From: Haliotis rufescens
Lineage: Eukaryota
NCBI RefSeq assembly: GCF_023055435.1
Contig: NW_025964002.1
Coordinates: 3,782,001-3,846,000, forward strand
Direction: 5' to 3'
DNA: 64,000 bases
Shown one piece after another: positions 1-13,275 of this stretch. How positions within the stretch are numbered: position 1 is the stretch's first letter; each line of letters opens with the position of its first letter. The position numbers and the translations under genes were made by a program. Below the pieces are notes generated by a model. That model was not told the DNA's origin. It worked only from the letters and a program-made list of their open reading frames with translations, and ran no database searches.

Positions 1-166
1 ATTTTGACACGATCGACGAATATCAAGGGTGACGCCATGTTTGTTTATAAACAATGAAAGTAGTCCCTACTTGACCTTTGATATTTGCATCTCTATCCGC
101 ATATGACCCCAACGGATATCATTTTTATCTGCTGGCTTTATCCTACCGAGAAACCTACCCATTATA
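1..166 (-). mobile_element. End of a dispersed non-autonomous element, same family as the copy starting near 27387
   Basis: 35-166 is the reverse complement of ~27387-27519 (TAATGGGTAGGTTTCTCGG...TCAAAGGTCAAGTAGG...GTTTATAAACAAACATGGC). Confidence 0.6.
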
Positions 167-689
167 TACATGTACATATATATGTACAACATAGTATCGT
201 GGAAGGCGTGTGCTTGAAGATATATTTACAGTATTAGAATTATCAATTACAAAAAGTAAACTGAATTTCTCAAAGACTGGTTGATGATAATAATACTCAT
301 TATGTATTTCGTAATGATGTACTTCATTTATCTGGAAATATAAGATCAATATTGAATTGATTGTTGAAGTAAATTCTCTTCCTAATATGTAATTGCGTTA
401 ATTCTTTATGCCTGAATTACTTTTGGAACTAATTGTCATAGATCACAAAGAAAATACATAATAAACACTCATGTCTTGACAAACCGTAACCGTTCCTCGA
501 TGAGATAAACATGGTTACAGAAATACAAAGGGGTATCGACTCATGGTAATGGAGGGATAAGAAGAAGGAGGAACTAGGTGTGATGGGATGATCATCAGGA
601 CGTGTTGGCTATGTATTGTAAGGATGCAAACAGCCAAGGAAGACGACAGGGACATGTGTATGAACGTTTTATATGTCTTGATCAATCAG

Positions 690-1230
690 CACTATTGGCG
701 TCTGGCTAGAATGAACCGAATAATTATCGGGGGTACCATCCGTGATCGTCAAACATGTATATTAGCTGCATACAGACATTTTCCAATCATCTGGTCTGTA
801 AGTTTGAACTCCGGTGGCCTGGCACAAGTGAAACAGCGGTTTTATTAGCTGCTTGGGCTCGATTTCTCTTTGAAGCCTTGTTTTTTATTAATCGATACTG
901 GACCTAGGGTGCCCTGTGCGGGATCGATCATAGACATTTTGTGTCTGTAAAAACCTGTTCTGACAGACAGACTGAGACACACTGAACATAGTGGCTACCT
1001 CTCGCTGAGTTCTACCAGTTTGAAGCACGCCAATGACACTAAGAGTCCATCGCGTTGTAGATGACGCATTCCCACCCTGATCACAAATACTGAATTAAAG
1101 CAAGAGTAGAGAGCTGACTTGTTTCTGTGGATAATGAGAATCAACAATACACATGGCTCAGAGCAGCTTGACGACCTTTAACGGAAGTGTCAAAATCAAG
1201 AACTACCCCTTCCCACGTGCACGGATGAAT
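690..1230 (-). pseudogene. Degenerate Tc1/mariner transposase N-terminal (HTH) remnant
   Basis: Minus-strand frameshifted translation gives VIGVLQTGRTQREVATMFSVSQSV / NRFLQTQNVYDRSRTGHPR, matching the Tc1 N-terminus at 30174-30428 (VIGMLEAGSSQRDVARQF...DRPR). Confidence 0.65.
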
Positions 1231-1842
1231 GATGCGGGTGTTTTGGGACGATAGGTTTTGGGTCCATCTGTTCTATCTGTGGAAGTCATTTTTCAAAGCT
1301 GATCATTCTGAAGGCCGATCATTCTATTTACATTTCACGATCGCCTGCTCGAGTTTGAGATTTTATAGAGAAATGCCATTTTCTTATGTTAAGGTATTAC
1401 TTTACGATATGCCCGTCTCTTTTATAAGTTTTAACTGTGCAGCAAATTATTCACATCATAAAGTGTTGGCTTGATGTGGAAGAGAAGACCAAAGTAGAGG
1501 CACGACATAAGCGTTTACGATTTTCAAGAACCCAGAAAAATTCGCATCATGCTGACCAATGACCATGATCCAGTAACTGGGATTTAAAACCAGACGAAAG
1601 GATCCATCTTAGGGATATAATTCAGAAAAGCGTGCTGAAGTGGCTTCTCAAACTAGTCCAAGCATGTGGTAAAATGCTTTATTCTCGATCTTTTGGTTTT
1701 ATTTGCCTCTGCTTACATGATAGTGCATTGTCCCCCAAAATGTTCTGAAAGTCCAAGAAAAAACGTTAAATGATTGAGTGTGTGATATCAGAAAGCAACA
1801 TATGGCCAACAAGAAGCCAGAAGAACAACAGTTAAAAGATTG

Positions 1843-2097
1843 TTGTTGTTGTTGGTTTCTTGTTTAACGCCGCACTCAGCAATATTCCAACTGTATGACG
1901 GTGGTCTGTAAATAATCGAGTCTGGACCAGACAATCCAGTGATTGATATCATGAGCATCGATCAACGCAATTGCATCAGCCAAGTCAGCGAGTCTGACCA
2001 CCCGATCCCGTTAATCGCCTTTTACGACAAGCATAGTCACGTTTTACGGCAAGCATGGGTTGCTGAAGACCTATTTTAACCCGGAATCTTCACGGGT
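1843..2097 (-). mobile_element. Short retroelement family A (no tRNA head)
   Basis: Minus strand reads GACCCGTGAAGA...CTTGTCGTAA(G/A)AGGCGA...GGAATATTGCTGAGTGCGGCGTTAAAC plus an (AAC)n tail. Flanked by a direct repeat AGTTAAA(A/T)GATTG; absent from repeat units 2-4. Confidence 0.85.
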
Positions 2098-2925
2098 CAG
2101 TTAAATGATTGAAAGTGTGAAATCAGAAAGCAACATATGGCCAACAAGAAGCCAGTCTGTCTACTTTAGGTACATGCGTCCTGTCAACTGTTTTCTGACT
2201 ACAGAATAAACAGCAAGACTTGTCTCTGATGTACAAAGTTTGTAATACACTCACCTATATTTCGGCAACTCATATCTGGGTCAACTGTTCTGCCATTGCG
2301 GGGTTCTAAAGTAAAGAAAACTGTGTACATTGAAAAAAGAAGACATGTTGATGCATGTTTACTGTATACACGTATATTTGTTTATGGATTGGAATCACAG
2401 ATTGGATTACGACGTCGACACATCCACGAGGTGGTAAAAACCTGCGTCAACTTAAGGCATCCTCTAACAAACAAAACGGAAAACAAACCACTTTGACTAT
2501 GTTCGATTCCTCTTGGTGTTCCCTTAACAATGACCCACAGATAATCCCAGGTCATGCATGCATTTGGGCCTGACCTATGTGGCCACCTTCAAACTGTAAC
2601 ACCATGATCTATCTTCCATCATTAAGCAAGTACACAATTTCAAGAATAATACACGTTTCCACGGGGTTCATGTGGCAAAGTGCTGTGTTATGTAGAGATA
2701 CGTCCCTTAACCGATCACTAATAATAATTAGAGCTCATACTGGATTCGAAACTGAGGCACTAGCAAAGGGGCACGCCTAAGGGACCCAACTCAGCAAAAC
2801 AAGCATGTGTGTCTATCATTTAACTTGAAAACATTGTTCATCCTATGCCTCGAAGTCATTCCTTATCGGTCACACTGCTCACTGGTCAATACCATTGTTT
2901 CACTTTTAGATGTTACTTACCAAAT

Positions 2926-3093
2926 GGGGCGGTCGGGTAGCCTTGTGGTTAAAGCGTTCGCTCGACACGCCGAAGACCCGGGTTCGATTCCCGACATGGG
3001 TTCAATGTGTGAAGCCCATTTCTGGTGTCCCCCGCCGTGATATTGCTGGAATATTGCTAAAAGCGGCGTAAAATGAAACTCACTCACTCACTC
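2926..3093 (+). mobile_element. tRNA-derived SINE family B inserted at the exon splice donor
   Basis: A-box-like TAGCCTTGTGG, B-box GGTTCGATTCC, (ACTC)n tail; target-site duplication ACTTAC(C/T)AAAT at 2915-2925 and 3094-3104. Confidence 0.9.
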
Positions 3094-3099
3094 ACTTAC

Positions 3100-3564
3100 T
3101 AAATCTATAATTCGCTTCTGTCGTCTTATTGTCAGCTCCCATCTTCACATAGTCGATATACGTGAACTGTGGATCACTGACTTCTTTCAATATGGCTTCT
3201 CTGACAGTGGTCCCCTTCCCCAGGGTGATGACGCCCCCAAACCAAGATATCCAGAACGGCGTCCACGTGGAACCATCACAGAAGACAAGTGGCGTGTTCT
3301 CGTGGCCGCTGGTGCTCATACCGTTATTCGAACAAAGTAGATGCGCGGCATCACACGATTTCCTAATTCCAACTTTATACTTCTCTAAGCTGTAACGATC
3401 GATGTAGATCTCGTATTTGGGTTCGGGGAGATCTTTGTCAGGGTACAGCTCCAGTTTGAAGGCTCCGCAATATGCCACAGAGAACGTGAAGGAACAGTGT
3501 CCCCTCATGTCCAATTCATAGTCATGTGACCACACCAAATTTGTTCCGACATTTTGGATTTTCG
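3100..3564 (-). CDS. Exon: FAMeT-like (Methyltransf_FA) domain, 4th in transcript order
   Basis: ttgcag| acceptor, |gtaagt donor, 465 nt, phase 1-1. Motifs YEIYI, IR, FWISWFGGVITLGKG, SDP..YIDYV resemble the FAMeT-like domain. Confidence 0.8.
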
Positions 3565-4509
3565 CTGCAACAACAACTATATGCATAAATATTCTTTTCA
3601 AATGCAAAGTCGATATTACCACAGAGCTTAAAAAACGGAAATGCTCACTTTTTCGGTAACACCTGTTATCAGCACTATTTCATAGTGATTTGTAAACATA
3701 CATTTACGATAATATAGTCGTGATCATTTCGAAATTATGTAAAATCAACATTACCACAGAGTTGAGTTTGTTATTGATGGAATCTTCCTGTTGAAATGTT
3801 AGTGATTGGCTGAAGGTAAAAACGATGTTGTTGCGGTCAGGAGTATTGTAATGCATCGTTTGGACAGGCAGGGTACAAAGACCTAGGCGCCTGTCTACGA
3901 ATCAAGTGCGTCGTCGACAAATGTCTCCCTCTTATTATTGTAGCAAAAGTCTATCAGTAACATTAATTCTTCACTTGACTGGCATCTATTTGAATATCCT
4001 CCCTGTAAGCAGCACGCGGGCCATTACAGGGCTGGTTACAACGTAATAAGGGAACAACAAATTATGTTTTACTGTTTTAATACGCTGCTATTTCTGTGAC
4101 AAAAGTACATTCTTTGACCTGATGTAGTTTGAACGGTCTACATCCAATGAGAAACAGGTTTTTTCGAATAACCTTGACCTAACGACCATTTTTTTAATTA
4201 CATAGAAAATCCTTCTTGAGTTTGGCTGTAAATAAAGTTGTTATGCAATAATCTGGACAATGACCATGCCCCTGATGAAATAACGATGTGCCAAAACGAT
4301 TTCCCGGGTGTATGAAGGAGATACACAATCATGATAGGATATCCCTGAGGTATTAAATCATCATGTGATTTGCAAAAATGAAATTGAACATGCTTCTTAT
4401 TAAACGTTGGTCGGAGCGTCCTATTATTAATTTATAAATTTTAATCTCAATGATCACCTAAGCTTAAGGTTGTTCTGTGCAAGGGTATTTGAACCTCAGT
4501 GCGACTCAC

Positions 4510-4638
4510 CTTGTGTAGTTGTTGTTTCAGCTGTTGTGGGACCACCTGTCTGAGTTGTAGCAGCTGGAGTTGTTGTTGTAGCAGCTGTTGTTGTACCATG
4601 CGTCGTAGCTGTAGCAACCGGAGCAACTAAAGTTGTCG
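4510..4638 (-). CDS. Exon: Thr/Ala-rich mucin-like linker
   Basis: ttcttacattag| acceptor, |gtgagt donor, 129 nt, phase 1-1; ATTLVAPVATATTHGTTTAATTTTPAATTQTGGPTTAETTTTQ. Confidence 0.8.
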
Positions 4639-5932
4639 CTAATGTAAGAAAGAGACACAGACATGCAGAACCTAGTTTAATGGAATGTCAGCACTAAGGG
4701 CGTTAATGAAGCATCACAAACAAAATTTTAATGTTTTAATCCTTTATCCATGTTTGGATGGAGGTTAGGATTCATCTTCTAAGTGTGCAGCAAATTACTC
4801 ACATCACAAGGTGTTGGCTTAATATGGAAGAGAAGACCAAAGTAGAGGCACGACATAAGCGTTTTCGATTTTCAAGAACCCAGAAAAATTCGCATCATGC
4901 TGACCAATGACCATGATCCAGTAACTGGGATTTAAAACCAGACGAAAGGGTCCATCTTAGGGATATAATTCAGAAAAGCGTGCTGAAGTGGCTTCTCAAA
5001 CTAGTCCAAGCATGTGGTAAAATGCTTTCTTCTCGATCTTTGGTTTGATTTGCCTCTGTTTACATGATAGTGCATTGTCCCCAAAAATGTTCTGAAAGTC
5101 CAAGAACAACAGTTAAATGATTGAGAGTGTGATATCAGAAAGCAACATATGGCCAACAAGAAGCCAGTCTGTCTACTTTAGCTACATACGTCCTGTCAAC
5201 TATTTTCTGGCTACAGAATAAACAGCCAGACTTGTGTCTGATCTACAATGTTTGTAAAACACTCACCTATATTTCGGCAACTCATATCTGGATCAACTGC
5301 TCTGCCACTGCGGGGTTCTAAAGTAAAGGAAACTGTATACAGTGAAAAAAGAAGACATGTCGATGCATGTTTAATGTATACACTTATATTTGTTTATGGA
5401 TTGGAATCACAGATTGGATCACGCCGTCGACACATCCACGAAGTGGTAAAACCCTGCGTCAACTTTAGGCATCCTCTAACAAACAAAACGGAAAACAAAC
5501 CACTTTCACTATGTTCGATTCCTCTTGGTGTTCCCCTAACAATGATCCACAGACAATCCCAGGTCATGCATGCATTTGGGCCTGACCTATGTGGCCACCT
5601 TCAAACTGTAACACCATGATCTATCTTCCATCATTAAGCAAGTACACAATTTCTAGAATATGACACGTTTCCACTGGGTTCATGTGGCAAAGTGCTGTGT
5701 TATGTAGAGATACGTCCCTTAACCGATAACTTATAATAATTAGAGCTCATACTGGATTCGAACCTAAGACACTAGCAAAGGGGCACGCCTAAGGGACCCA
5801 ACTCAGCAAAACAAGCATGTGTGTCTATCATTTAACTTGAAAACATTGTTCATCCTATGCCTCGACGTCATTCCTTATCGGTCACACTGCTCACTGGTCA
5901 ATACCATGGTTTCACTTTTAGATGTTACTTAC

Positions 5933-6397
5933 CAAATCTATAATTCGCTTCTGTCGTCTTATTGTCAGCTCCCATCTTCACATAGTCGATATACGTGAAC
6001 TGTGGATCACTGACTTCTTTCAATATGGCTTCTCTGACAGTGGTCCCCTTCCCCAGGGTGATGACGCCCCCAAACCAAGATATCCAGAACGGCGTCCACG
6101 TGGAACCATCACAGAAGACAAGTGGCGTGTTCTCGTGACCGCTGGTGCTCATACCGTTATTCGAACAAAGTAGATGCGCGGCATCACACGATTTCCTAAT
6201 TCCAACTTTATACTTCTCTAAGCTGTAACGATCAATGTAGATCTCGTATTTGGGTTCGGGGAGATCTTTGTCTGGGTACAGCTCCAGTTTGAAGGCTCCG
6301 CAATATGCCACAGAGAACGTGAAGGAACAGTGTCCCCTCATGTCCAATTCATAGTCATGTGACCACACCAAATTTGTTCCGACATTTTGGATTTTCG
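5933..6397 (-). CDS. Exon: FAMeT-like domain, 3rd
   Basis: 465 nt, AG/GT bounded, open frame, near-identical to 3100-3564. Confidence 0.8.
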
Positions 6398-7327
6398 CTG
6401 CAACAACAAATATATGCATAAATATTCTTTTCAAATGCAAAGTCGATATTACCACAGAGATTAAAAAACGGAAATGCTCACTTTTTCGGTAACACCTGTT
6501 ATCAGCACTATTTCATAGTGATTTGTAAACATACATTTACGATAATATAGTCGTGATCATTTCGAAATTATGTAAAATCAACATTACCACAGAGTTGAGT
6601 TTGTTATTGATGGAATCTTCCTGTTGAAATGTTAGTGATTGGCTGAAGGTAAAAACGATGTTGTTGCGGTCAGGAGTATTGTAATGCATCATTTGGACAG
6701 GCAGGGTACAAAGACCTAGGCGCCTGTCTACGAATCAAGTGCGTCGTCGAAAAATGTCTCCCTCTTATTATTGTAGCAAAAGTCTATCAGTAACATTAAT
6801 TCTTCACTTGACTGGCATCTATTTGAATATCCTCCCTGTAAGCAGCACGCGGGCCATTACAGGGCTGGCTGCAACGTAATAAGGAAACAACAAATTATGT
6901 TTTACTGTTTTAATCTGCTGCTATTTCTGTGACAAAAGTACATTCTTTGACCTGATGTAGTTTGAACGGTCTACATCCAATGAGAAACATGTTTTTCGAA
7001 TGACCTTGACCTAACGACCATTTTTTTAATTACATAGAAAATTCTTCTTGAGTTTGGTGGTAAATAAAGTTGTTATGCAATAATCTGGACAATGGCCATG
7101 CCCCTGATAAAATAACGATGATGCCAAAACGATTTCCCGTGTGTATGAAGGAGATACACCATCATGATAGGATATCCCTGCCTCTGGTTTCAAAAATGAA
7201 ATTGAACATGCTTCTTATTAAACGTTGGTCGGAGCGTCCTATTATTAATTTATAAATTTTAATCTCAATGATCACCTAAGCTTAAGGTTGTTCTGTGCAA
7301 GGGTATTTGAACCTCAGCGCGACTCAC

Positions 7328-7456
7328 CTTGTGTAGTTGTTGTTTCAGCTGTTGTGGGACCACCTGTCTGAGTTGTAGCAGCTGGAGTTGTGGTTGTAGC
7401 AGATGTTGTTGTACCATGCGTCGTAGCTGTAGCAACCGGAGCAACTGAAGTTGTCG
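7328..7456 (-). CDS. Exon: Thr-rich linker
   Basis: 129 nt, AG/GT bounded, phase 1-1. Confidence 0.8.
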
Positions 7457-8742
7457 CTAATGTAAGAAAGAGACACAGACATGCAGAACCTAGTTTAATG
7501 GAATGTCAGCACTAAGGGCATTAAGGAAGCATCACAAACAAATGTTTTAATCCTTTATCCATGCTTGGATGGAGGTTAGGATTCATCTTCTAAGTGTGCA
7601 GCAAATTACTCACATCACAAGGTGTTGGCTTAATGTGGAAGAGAAGACCAAAGTAGAGGCACGACATAAGCGTTTACGATTTTCAAGAACCCAGAAAAAT
7701 TCGCATCATGCTGACCAATGACCATGATCCAGTAACTGGGATTTAAAACCAGACGCAAGGATCCATCTTAGGGATATAATTCAGAAAAGCGTGCTGAAGT
7801 GACTTCTCAAACTAGTCCAAGCATGTGGTAAAATGCTTTCTTCTCGATCTTGGTTTGATTTGCCTCTGTTTACATGATAGTGCATTGTCCCAAAAAATGT
7901 TCTGTAAGTCCAAGAACAACAGTTAAATGATTGAGCGTGTGATATCAGAAAGCAACATATGGCCAACAAGAAGCCAGTCTGTCTACTTTAGCTACATACG
8001 TCCTGTCAACTGTTTTCTGGCTACAGAATAAACAGCCAGACTTGTCTCTGATGTACAATGTTTGTAAAACACTCACCTATATTTCGGCAACTCATATCTG
8101 GGTCAACTGTTCTGCCACTGCGGGGTTCTAAAGTAAAGGAAACTGTATACAGTGAAAAAAGAAGACATGTCGATGCATGTTTAATGCATACACTTATATT
8201 TGTTTATGGATTGGAATCACAGATTGGATTACGACGTCGACACATCCACGAAGTGGTAAAAACCTGCGTCAACTTTAGGCATCCTCTAACAATCAAAACG
8301 GAAAACAAACCACTTTGACTATGTTCGATTCCTCTTGGTGTTCCCCTAACAATGATCCACAGACAATCCCGGGTCATGCATGCACATGGGCCTGACCTAT
8401 GTGGCCACCTTCAAACTGTAACACCATGATCTATCTTCCATCATTAAGCAAGTACACAATTTCAAGAATATGACACGTTTCCACGGGGTTCATGTGGCAA
8501 AGTGCTGTGTTATGTAGAGATACGTCCCTTAACCAATAACTAATAATAATTAGAGCCCATACTGGATTCGAACGTAAGACACTAGCAAAGGGGTACGCCT
8601 GAGGGACCCAACTCAGCAAAACAAGCATGTGTGTCTATCATTTAACTTGAAAACATTGTTCATCCTATGCCTCGAAGTCATTCCTTATCGGTCACACTGC
8701 TCACTGGTCAATACCATGGTTTCACTTTTAGATGTTACTTAC

Positions 8743-9207
8743 CAAATCTATAATTCGCTTCTGTCGTCTTATTGTCAGCTCCCATCTTCACATAGTCGAT
8801 ATACGTGAACTGTGGATCACTGACTTCTTTCAATATGGCTTCTCTGACAGTGGTCCCCTTCCCCAGGGTGATGACGCCCCCAAACCAAGATATCCAGAAC
8901 GGCGTCCACGTGGAACCATCACAGAAGACAAGTGGCGTGTTCTCGTGACCGCTGGTGCTCATACCGTTATTCGAACAAAGTAGATGCGCGGCATCACACG
9001 ATTTCCTAATTCCAACTTTATACTTCTCTAAGCTGTAACGATCGATGTAGATCTCGTATTTGGGTTCGGGGAGATCTTTGTCAGGGTACAGCTCCAGTTT
9101 GAAGGCTCCGCAATATGCCACAGAGAATGTGAAGGAACAGTGTCCCCTCATGTCCAATTCATAGTCATGTGACCACACCAAATTTGTTCCGACATTTTGG
9201 ATTTTCG
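8743..9207 (-). CDS. Exon: FAMeT-like domain, 2nd
   Basis: 465 nt, ttgtag| acceptor, |gtaagt donor. Confidence 0.8.
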
Positions 9208-10152
9208 CTACAACAACAAATATATGCATAAATATTCTTTTCAAATGCAAAGTCGATATTACCACAGAGCTAAAAAACGGAAATGCTCACTTTTTCGGTA
9301 ACACCTGTTATCAGCACTATTTCATAGTGATTTGTAAACATACATTTACGATAATATAGTCGTGATCATTTCGAAATTATGTAAAATCAACATTACCACA
9401 GAATTGAGTTTGTTATTGATGGAATCTTCCTGTTGAAATTTTAGTGATTGGCTGAAGGTAAAAACGATGTTGTTGCGGTCAGGAGTATTGTAATGCATCG
9501 TTTGGACAGGCAGGGTACAAAGACCCAGGCGCCTGTCTACGAATCAAGTGCGTCGTCGAAAAATGTCTCCCTCTTATTATTGTAGCAAAAGTCTATCCGT
9601 AACATTAATTCTTCACTTGACTGGCATCTATTTTAATATCCTCCCTGTAAGCAGCACGTGGGCCATTACAGGGCTGGTTACAACGTAATAAGGGAACAAC
9701 AAATTATGTTTTACTGTTTTAATCTGCTGCTATTTCTGTGACAAAAGTACATTCTTTGACCTGATGTAGTTTGAACGGTCTACATCCAATGAGAAACATG
9801 TTTTTTCGAATGACCTTGACCTAACGACCATTTTTTTTAAATACAGAGAAAATCCTTCTTGAGTTTGGTGGTAAATAAAGTTGTTATGCAATAATCTGGA
9901 CAATGACCATGTCCCTGATGAAATAACGATGATGCCAAAACGATTTCCCGGTTGTATGAAGGAGATACACCATCATGATAGTATATCCCTGAGGTATTAA
10001 ATCATCATGTGGTTTCAAAAATGAAATTGAATATGCTTCTTATTAAACGTTTGTCGGAGCGTCCTATTATTAATTCATAAATTTTAATCTGAATGATCAC
10101 CTAAGCTTAAGGTTGTTCTGTGCAAGGGTATTTGAACCTCAGCGCGACTCAC

Positions 10153-10281
10153 CTTGTGTAGTTGTTGTTTCAGCTGTTGTGGGACCACCTGTCTGAGTTG
10201 TAGCAGCTGGAGTTGTGGTTGTAGCAGCTGTTGTTGTACCATGCGTCGTAGCTGTAGCAACCGGAGCAACTGAAGTTGTCG
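10153..10281 (-). CDS. Exon: Thr-rich linker
   Basis: 129 nt, AG/GT bounded, phase 1-1. Confidence 0.8.
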
Positions 10282-11569
10282 CTAATGTAAGAAAGAGACA
10301 CAGACATGCAGAACCTAGTTTAATTGAATGTCAGCACTAAGGGCGTTAATGAAGCATCACAAACAAATGTTTTAATCCTTTATCCATGCTTGGATGGAGG
10401 TTAGGATTCATCTTCTTAGTGTGCAGCAAATTACTCACATCACAAAGTGTTGGCTTAATGTGGAAGAGAAGACCAAAGTAGAGGCACGACACAAGCGTTT
10501 ACGATTATCAAGAACCCAGAAAAATTCGCATCATGCTGACCAATGACCATGATCCAGTAACTGGGATTTAAAACCAGACGAAAGGGTCCATCTTAGGGAT
10601 ATAATTCAGAAAAGCGTGCTGATGTGGCTTCTCAAACTAATCCAAGCATGTGGTAAAATGCTTTCTTCTCGATCTTTTGGTTTGATTTGCCTCTGTTTAC
10701 ATGATAGTGCATTGTCCCAAAAAATGTTCTGTAAGTCCAAGAACAACAGTTAAATGATTGAGCGTGTGATATCAGAAAGCAACATATGGCCAACAAGAAG
10801 CCAGTCTGTCTACTTTAGCTACATACGTCCTGTCAACTGTTTTCTGGCTACAGAATAAACAGCCAGACTTGTCTCTGATGTACAATGTTTGTAATACACT
10901 CACCTATATTTCGGCAACTCATATCTGGGTCAACTGTTCTGCCATTGCGGGGTTCTAAAGTAAAGAAAACTGTGTACATTGAAAAGGGAAGACATGTTGA
11001 TGCATGTTTACTGTATACACTTATATTTGTTTATGGATTGGAATCACAGATTGGATTACGACGTCGACACATCCACGAAGTGGTAAAAACCTGCGTCAAC
11101 TTTAGGCATCCTCTTACAAACAAAACGGAAAACAAACCACTTTTACTATGTCCGATTCCTCTTGGTGTTCCCCTAACAATGATCCACAGACAATCCCAGG
11201 TCTTGCATGCACATGGGCCTGACCTATATGGCCACCTTCAAACTGTAACACCATGATCTATCTTCCATCATTAAGCAAGTACACAATTTCTAGAATATGA
11301 CACGTTTCCACGGGGTTCAAGTGGCAAAGTGCTGTGTTGTGTAGAGATACGTCCCTTAACTGATCATTAATAATAATTAGAGCTCATACTGGATTCGAAC
11401 CTAAGACCCTAGCAAAGGGACACACCTAAGGGACGCAACTCAGCAAAACAAGCATGTGTGTATATCCTTTAACTTGAAAACATTGTTCATCCTATGCCTA
11501 GACGTCATTCCTTATCGGTCACACTGCTCACTGGTCAATACCATGGTTTCACTTTTAGATGTTACTTAC

Positions 11570-12034
11570 CAAATCTATAATTCGCTTCTGTCGTCTTATT
11601 GTCAGCTCCCATCTTCACATAATCGATGTGCTGGAACTGTGGATCACTGACTTCTTTCAATATGTTTTTTCCGACAGTGGTCCCCTTCCCCAGGGTGATG
11701 ACGCCCCCAAACCAAGATATCCAGAACGGTGTCCACGTGGAACCATCGCAGATGACAAGTGGCGTGTTCTCGTGACCGCTGGTGCTCATACCGTTATTCG
11801 AACAAAGTAGAAGCGCGGCATCACACGATTTCCTAATTCCAACTTTATACTTCTCTAAGCTGTAACGATCGATGTAGATCTCGTATTTGGGTTCGGGGAG
11901 ATCTTTGTCAGGGTACAGCTCCAGTTTGAAGGCTCCGCAATATGCCACAGAGAACGTGAAGGAACAGTGTCCCCTCATGTCCAATTCATAGTCATGTGAC
12001 CACACCAAATTTGTTCCGACATTTTGGATTTTCT
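11570..12034 (-). CDS. Exon: FAMeT-like domain, 1st (most diverged copy)
   Basis: 465 nt, ttgcag| acceptor, |gtaagt donor; about 7 amino-acid differences from the other three copies. Confidence 0.8.
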
Positions 12035-13275
12035 CTGCAACAACAAATATATGCATAAATATTCTTTTCAAATGCAAAGTCCATATTACCACAGAGCTTA
12101 AAAAACGGAAATGCTCACTTTTTCGGTAACACCTGTTATCAGCACTATTTCATAGTGATTTGTAAACATACATTTACGATAATATAGTCGTGATCATTTC
12201 GAAATTATGTAAAATCAACATTACCACAGAATTGAGTTTGTTATTGATGGAATCTTCCTGTTGAAATGTTAGTGATTGGCTGAAGGTAAAAACGATGTTG
12301 TTGCGGTCAGGAGTATTGTAATGCATCGCTTGGACAGGCAGGGTACAAAGACCCAGGCGCCTGTCTACGAATCAAGTGCGTCGTCGACAAATGTCTCCCT
12401 CTTATTATTGTAGCAAAAGTCTATCCGTAACATTAATTCTTCACTTGACTGGCATCTATTTGAATATCCTCCCTGTAAGCAGCACGCAACAACAAATTAT
12501 GTTTTACTGTTTTAATCTGCTGCTATTTCTGTGACAAAAGTACATTCTTTGACCTGATGCTATTTACCAAACTTACTAGTCGCAGTTTCAACGATCTACA
12601 TCCAGTGGGAAACTTGTCTTTCAAATAACGTTGACCTTGACCATACGATGAGTTAGGTGGTAAATTAAGTTTTTATGTTATAATCTGGATGATGACCTTG
12701 ACCCCTGATGACATAACAATGTGCCGAAAAGATTGATATATGATATCCCTGAGGTATAAATCACCTTGTGCTTTCAGAAATTAAATTGCATATGCAACTC
12801 ATTAAAAGTTGGTCGGAGTGACCTTTGTTTGATACAACAGAATGTGGCATTACTTGTCACACGTAATTATGCCAACATTATAATCACCATAAGGCCAGAT
12901 TAAAGGTATTATAGTGAACATGTCCTTTACTAATGACCTTCACTGTGACCTTGTCCTTACACATAGGTCAGTTCTGGGCCCCGATCAAAGGATGAAAGGT
13001 GCTAAGATCCTTCTTTAGTGTAAAAGTACTGCTAACAGCTTCAGTAGCAGACCCTTTAGTGATGTCAATTGATTGTGACGTCATAGTAACCAATGACGTC
13101 CCAATGGTCTGCAAAGCATTATGATTCAATTTCATTGCAGCGACATCTACATAGATCTTAAGTTAGGCAGTATACATAACTGTCTTAACTCGGATTCGAA
13201 TCTCTTGAACACATTCAGGTTTCACCAGTGATGAGAACACTCGTTTGAAAGGTCATTGGCCCAAATGGTGTCTGA

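Larger units (their letters stand above)
1437..12560. repeat. Tandem segmental repeat, ~4 units of ~2.8 kb, carrying the FAMeT-domain and Thr-rich exons
   Basis: The same blocks recur at ~2.8-kb spacing (domain exon ends at 3100, 5933, 8743, 11570), introns included. Homology starts at ~1437 and fades after ~12560. Confidence 0.95.

Noticed and set aside
750-1092. Candidate terminal exons for the FAMeT-like gene (minus-strand acceptors at ~1090, ~946, ~796)
   Set aside because: The region translates as a decayed Tc1 transposase, so the gene's 3' end is probably outside the window.
2926-3000. tRNA genes at GGTTCGA(T/A)TCC sites
   Set aside because: All are SINE heads followed by SINE bodies and tails; no complete cloverleaf is supported.
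3565-3622. N-terminal 'MVISTLHLKRIF...' of the four 176-aa ORFs as standalone genes
   Set aside because: Non-ATG start in intron sequence upstream of a clear acceptor; these ORFs are internal exons.
12700-12735. Hammerhead ribozyme core (CTGATGA...GAAA)
   Set aside because: Stem II does not close next to the core, and the homologous sites in the other units lack GAAA.
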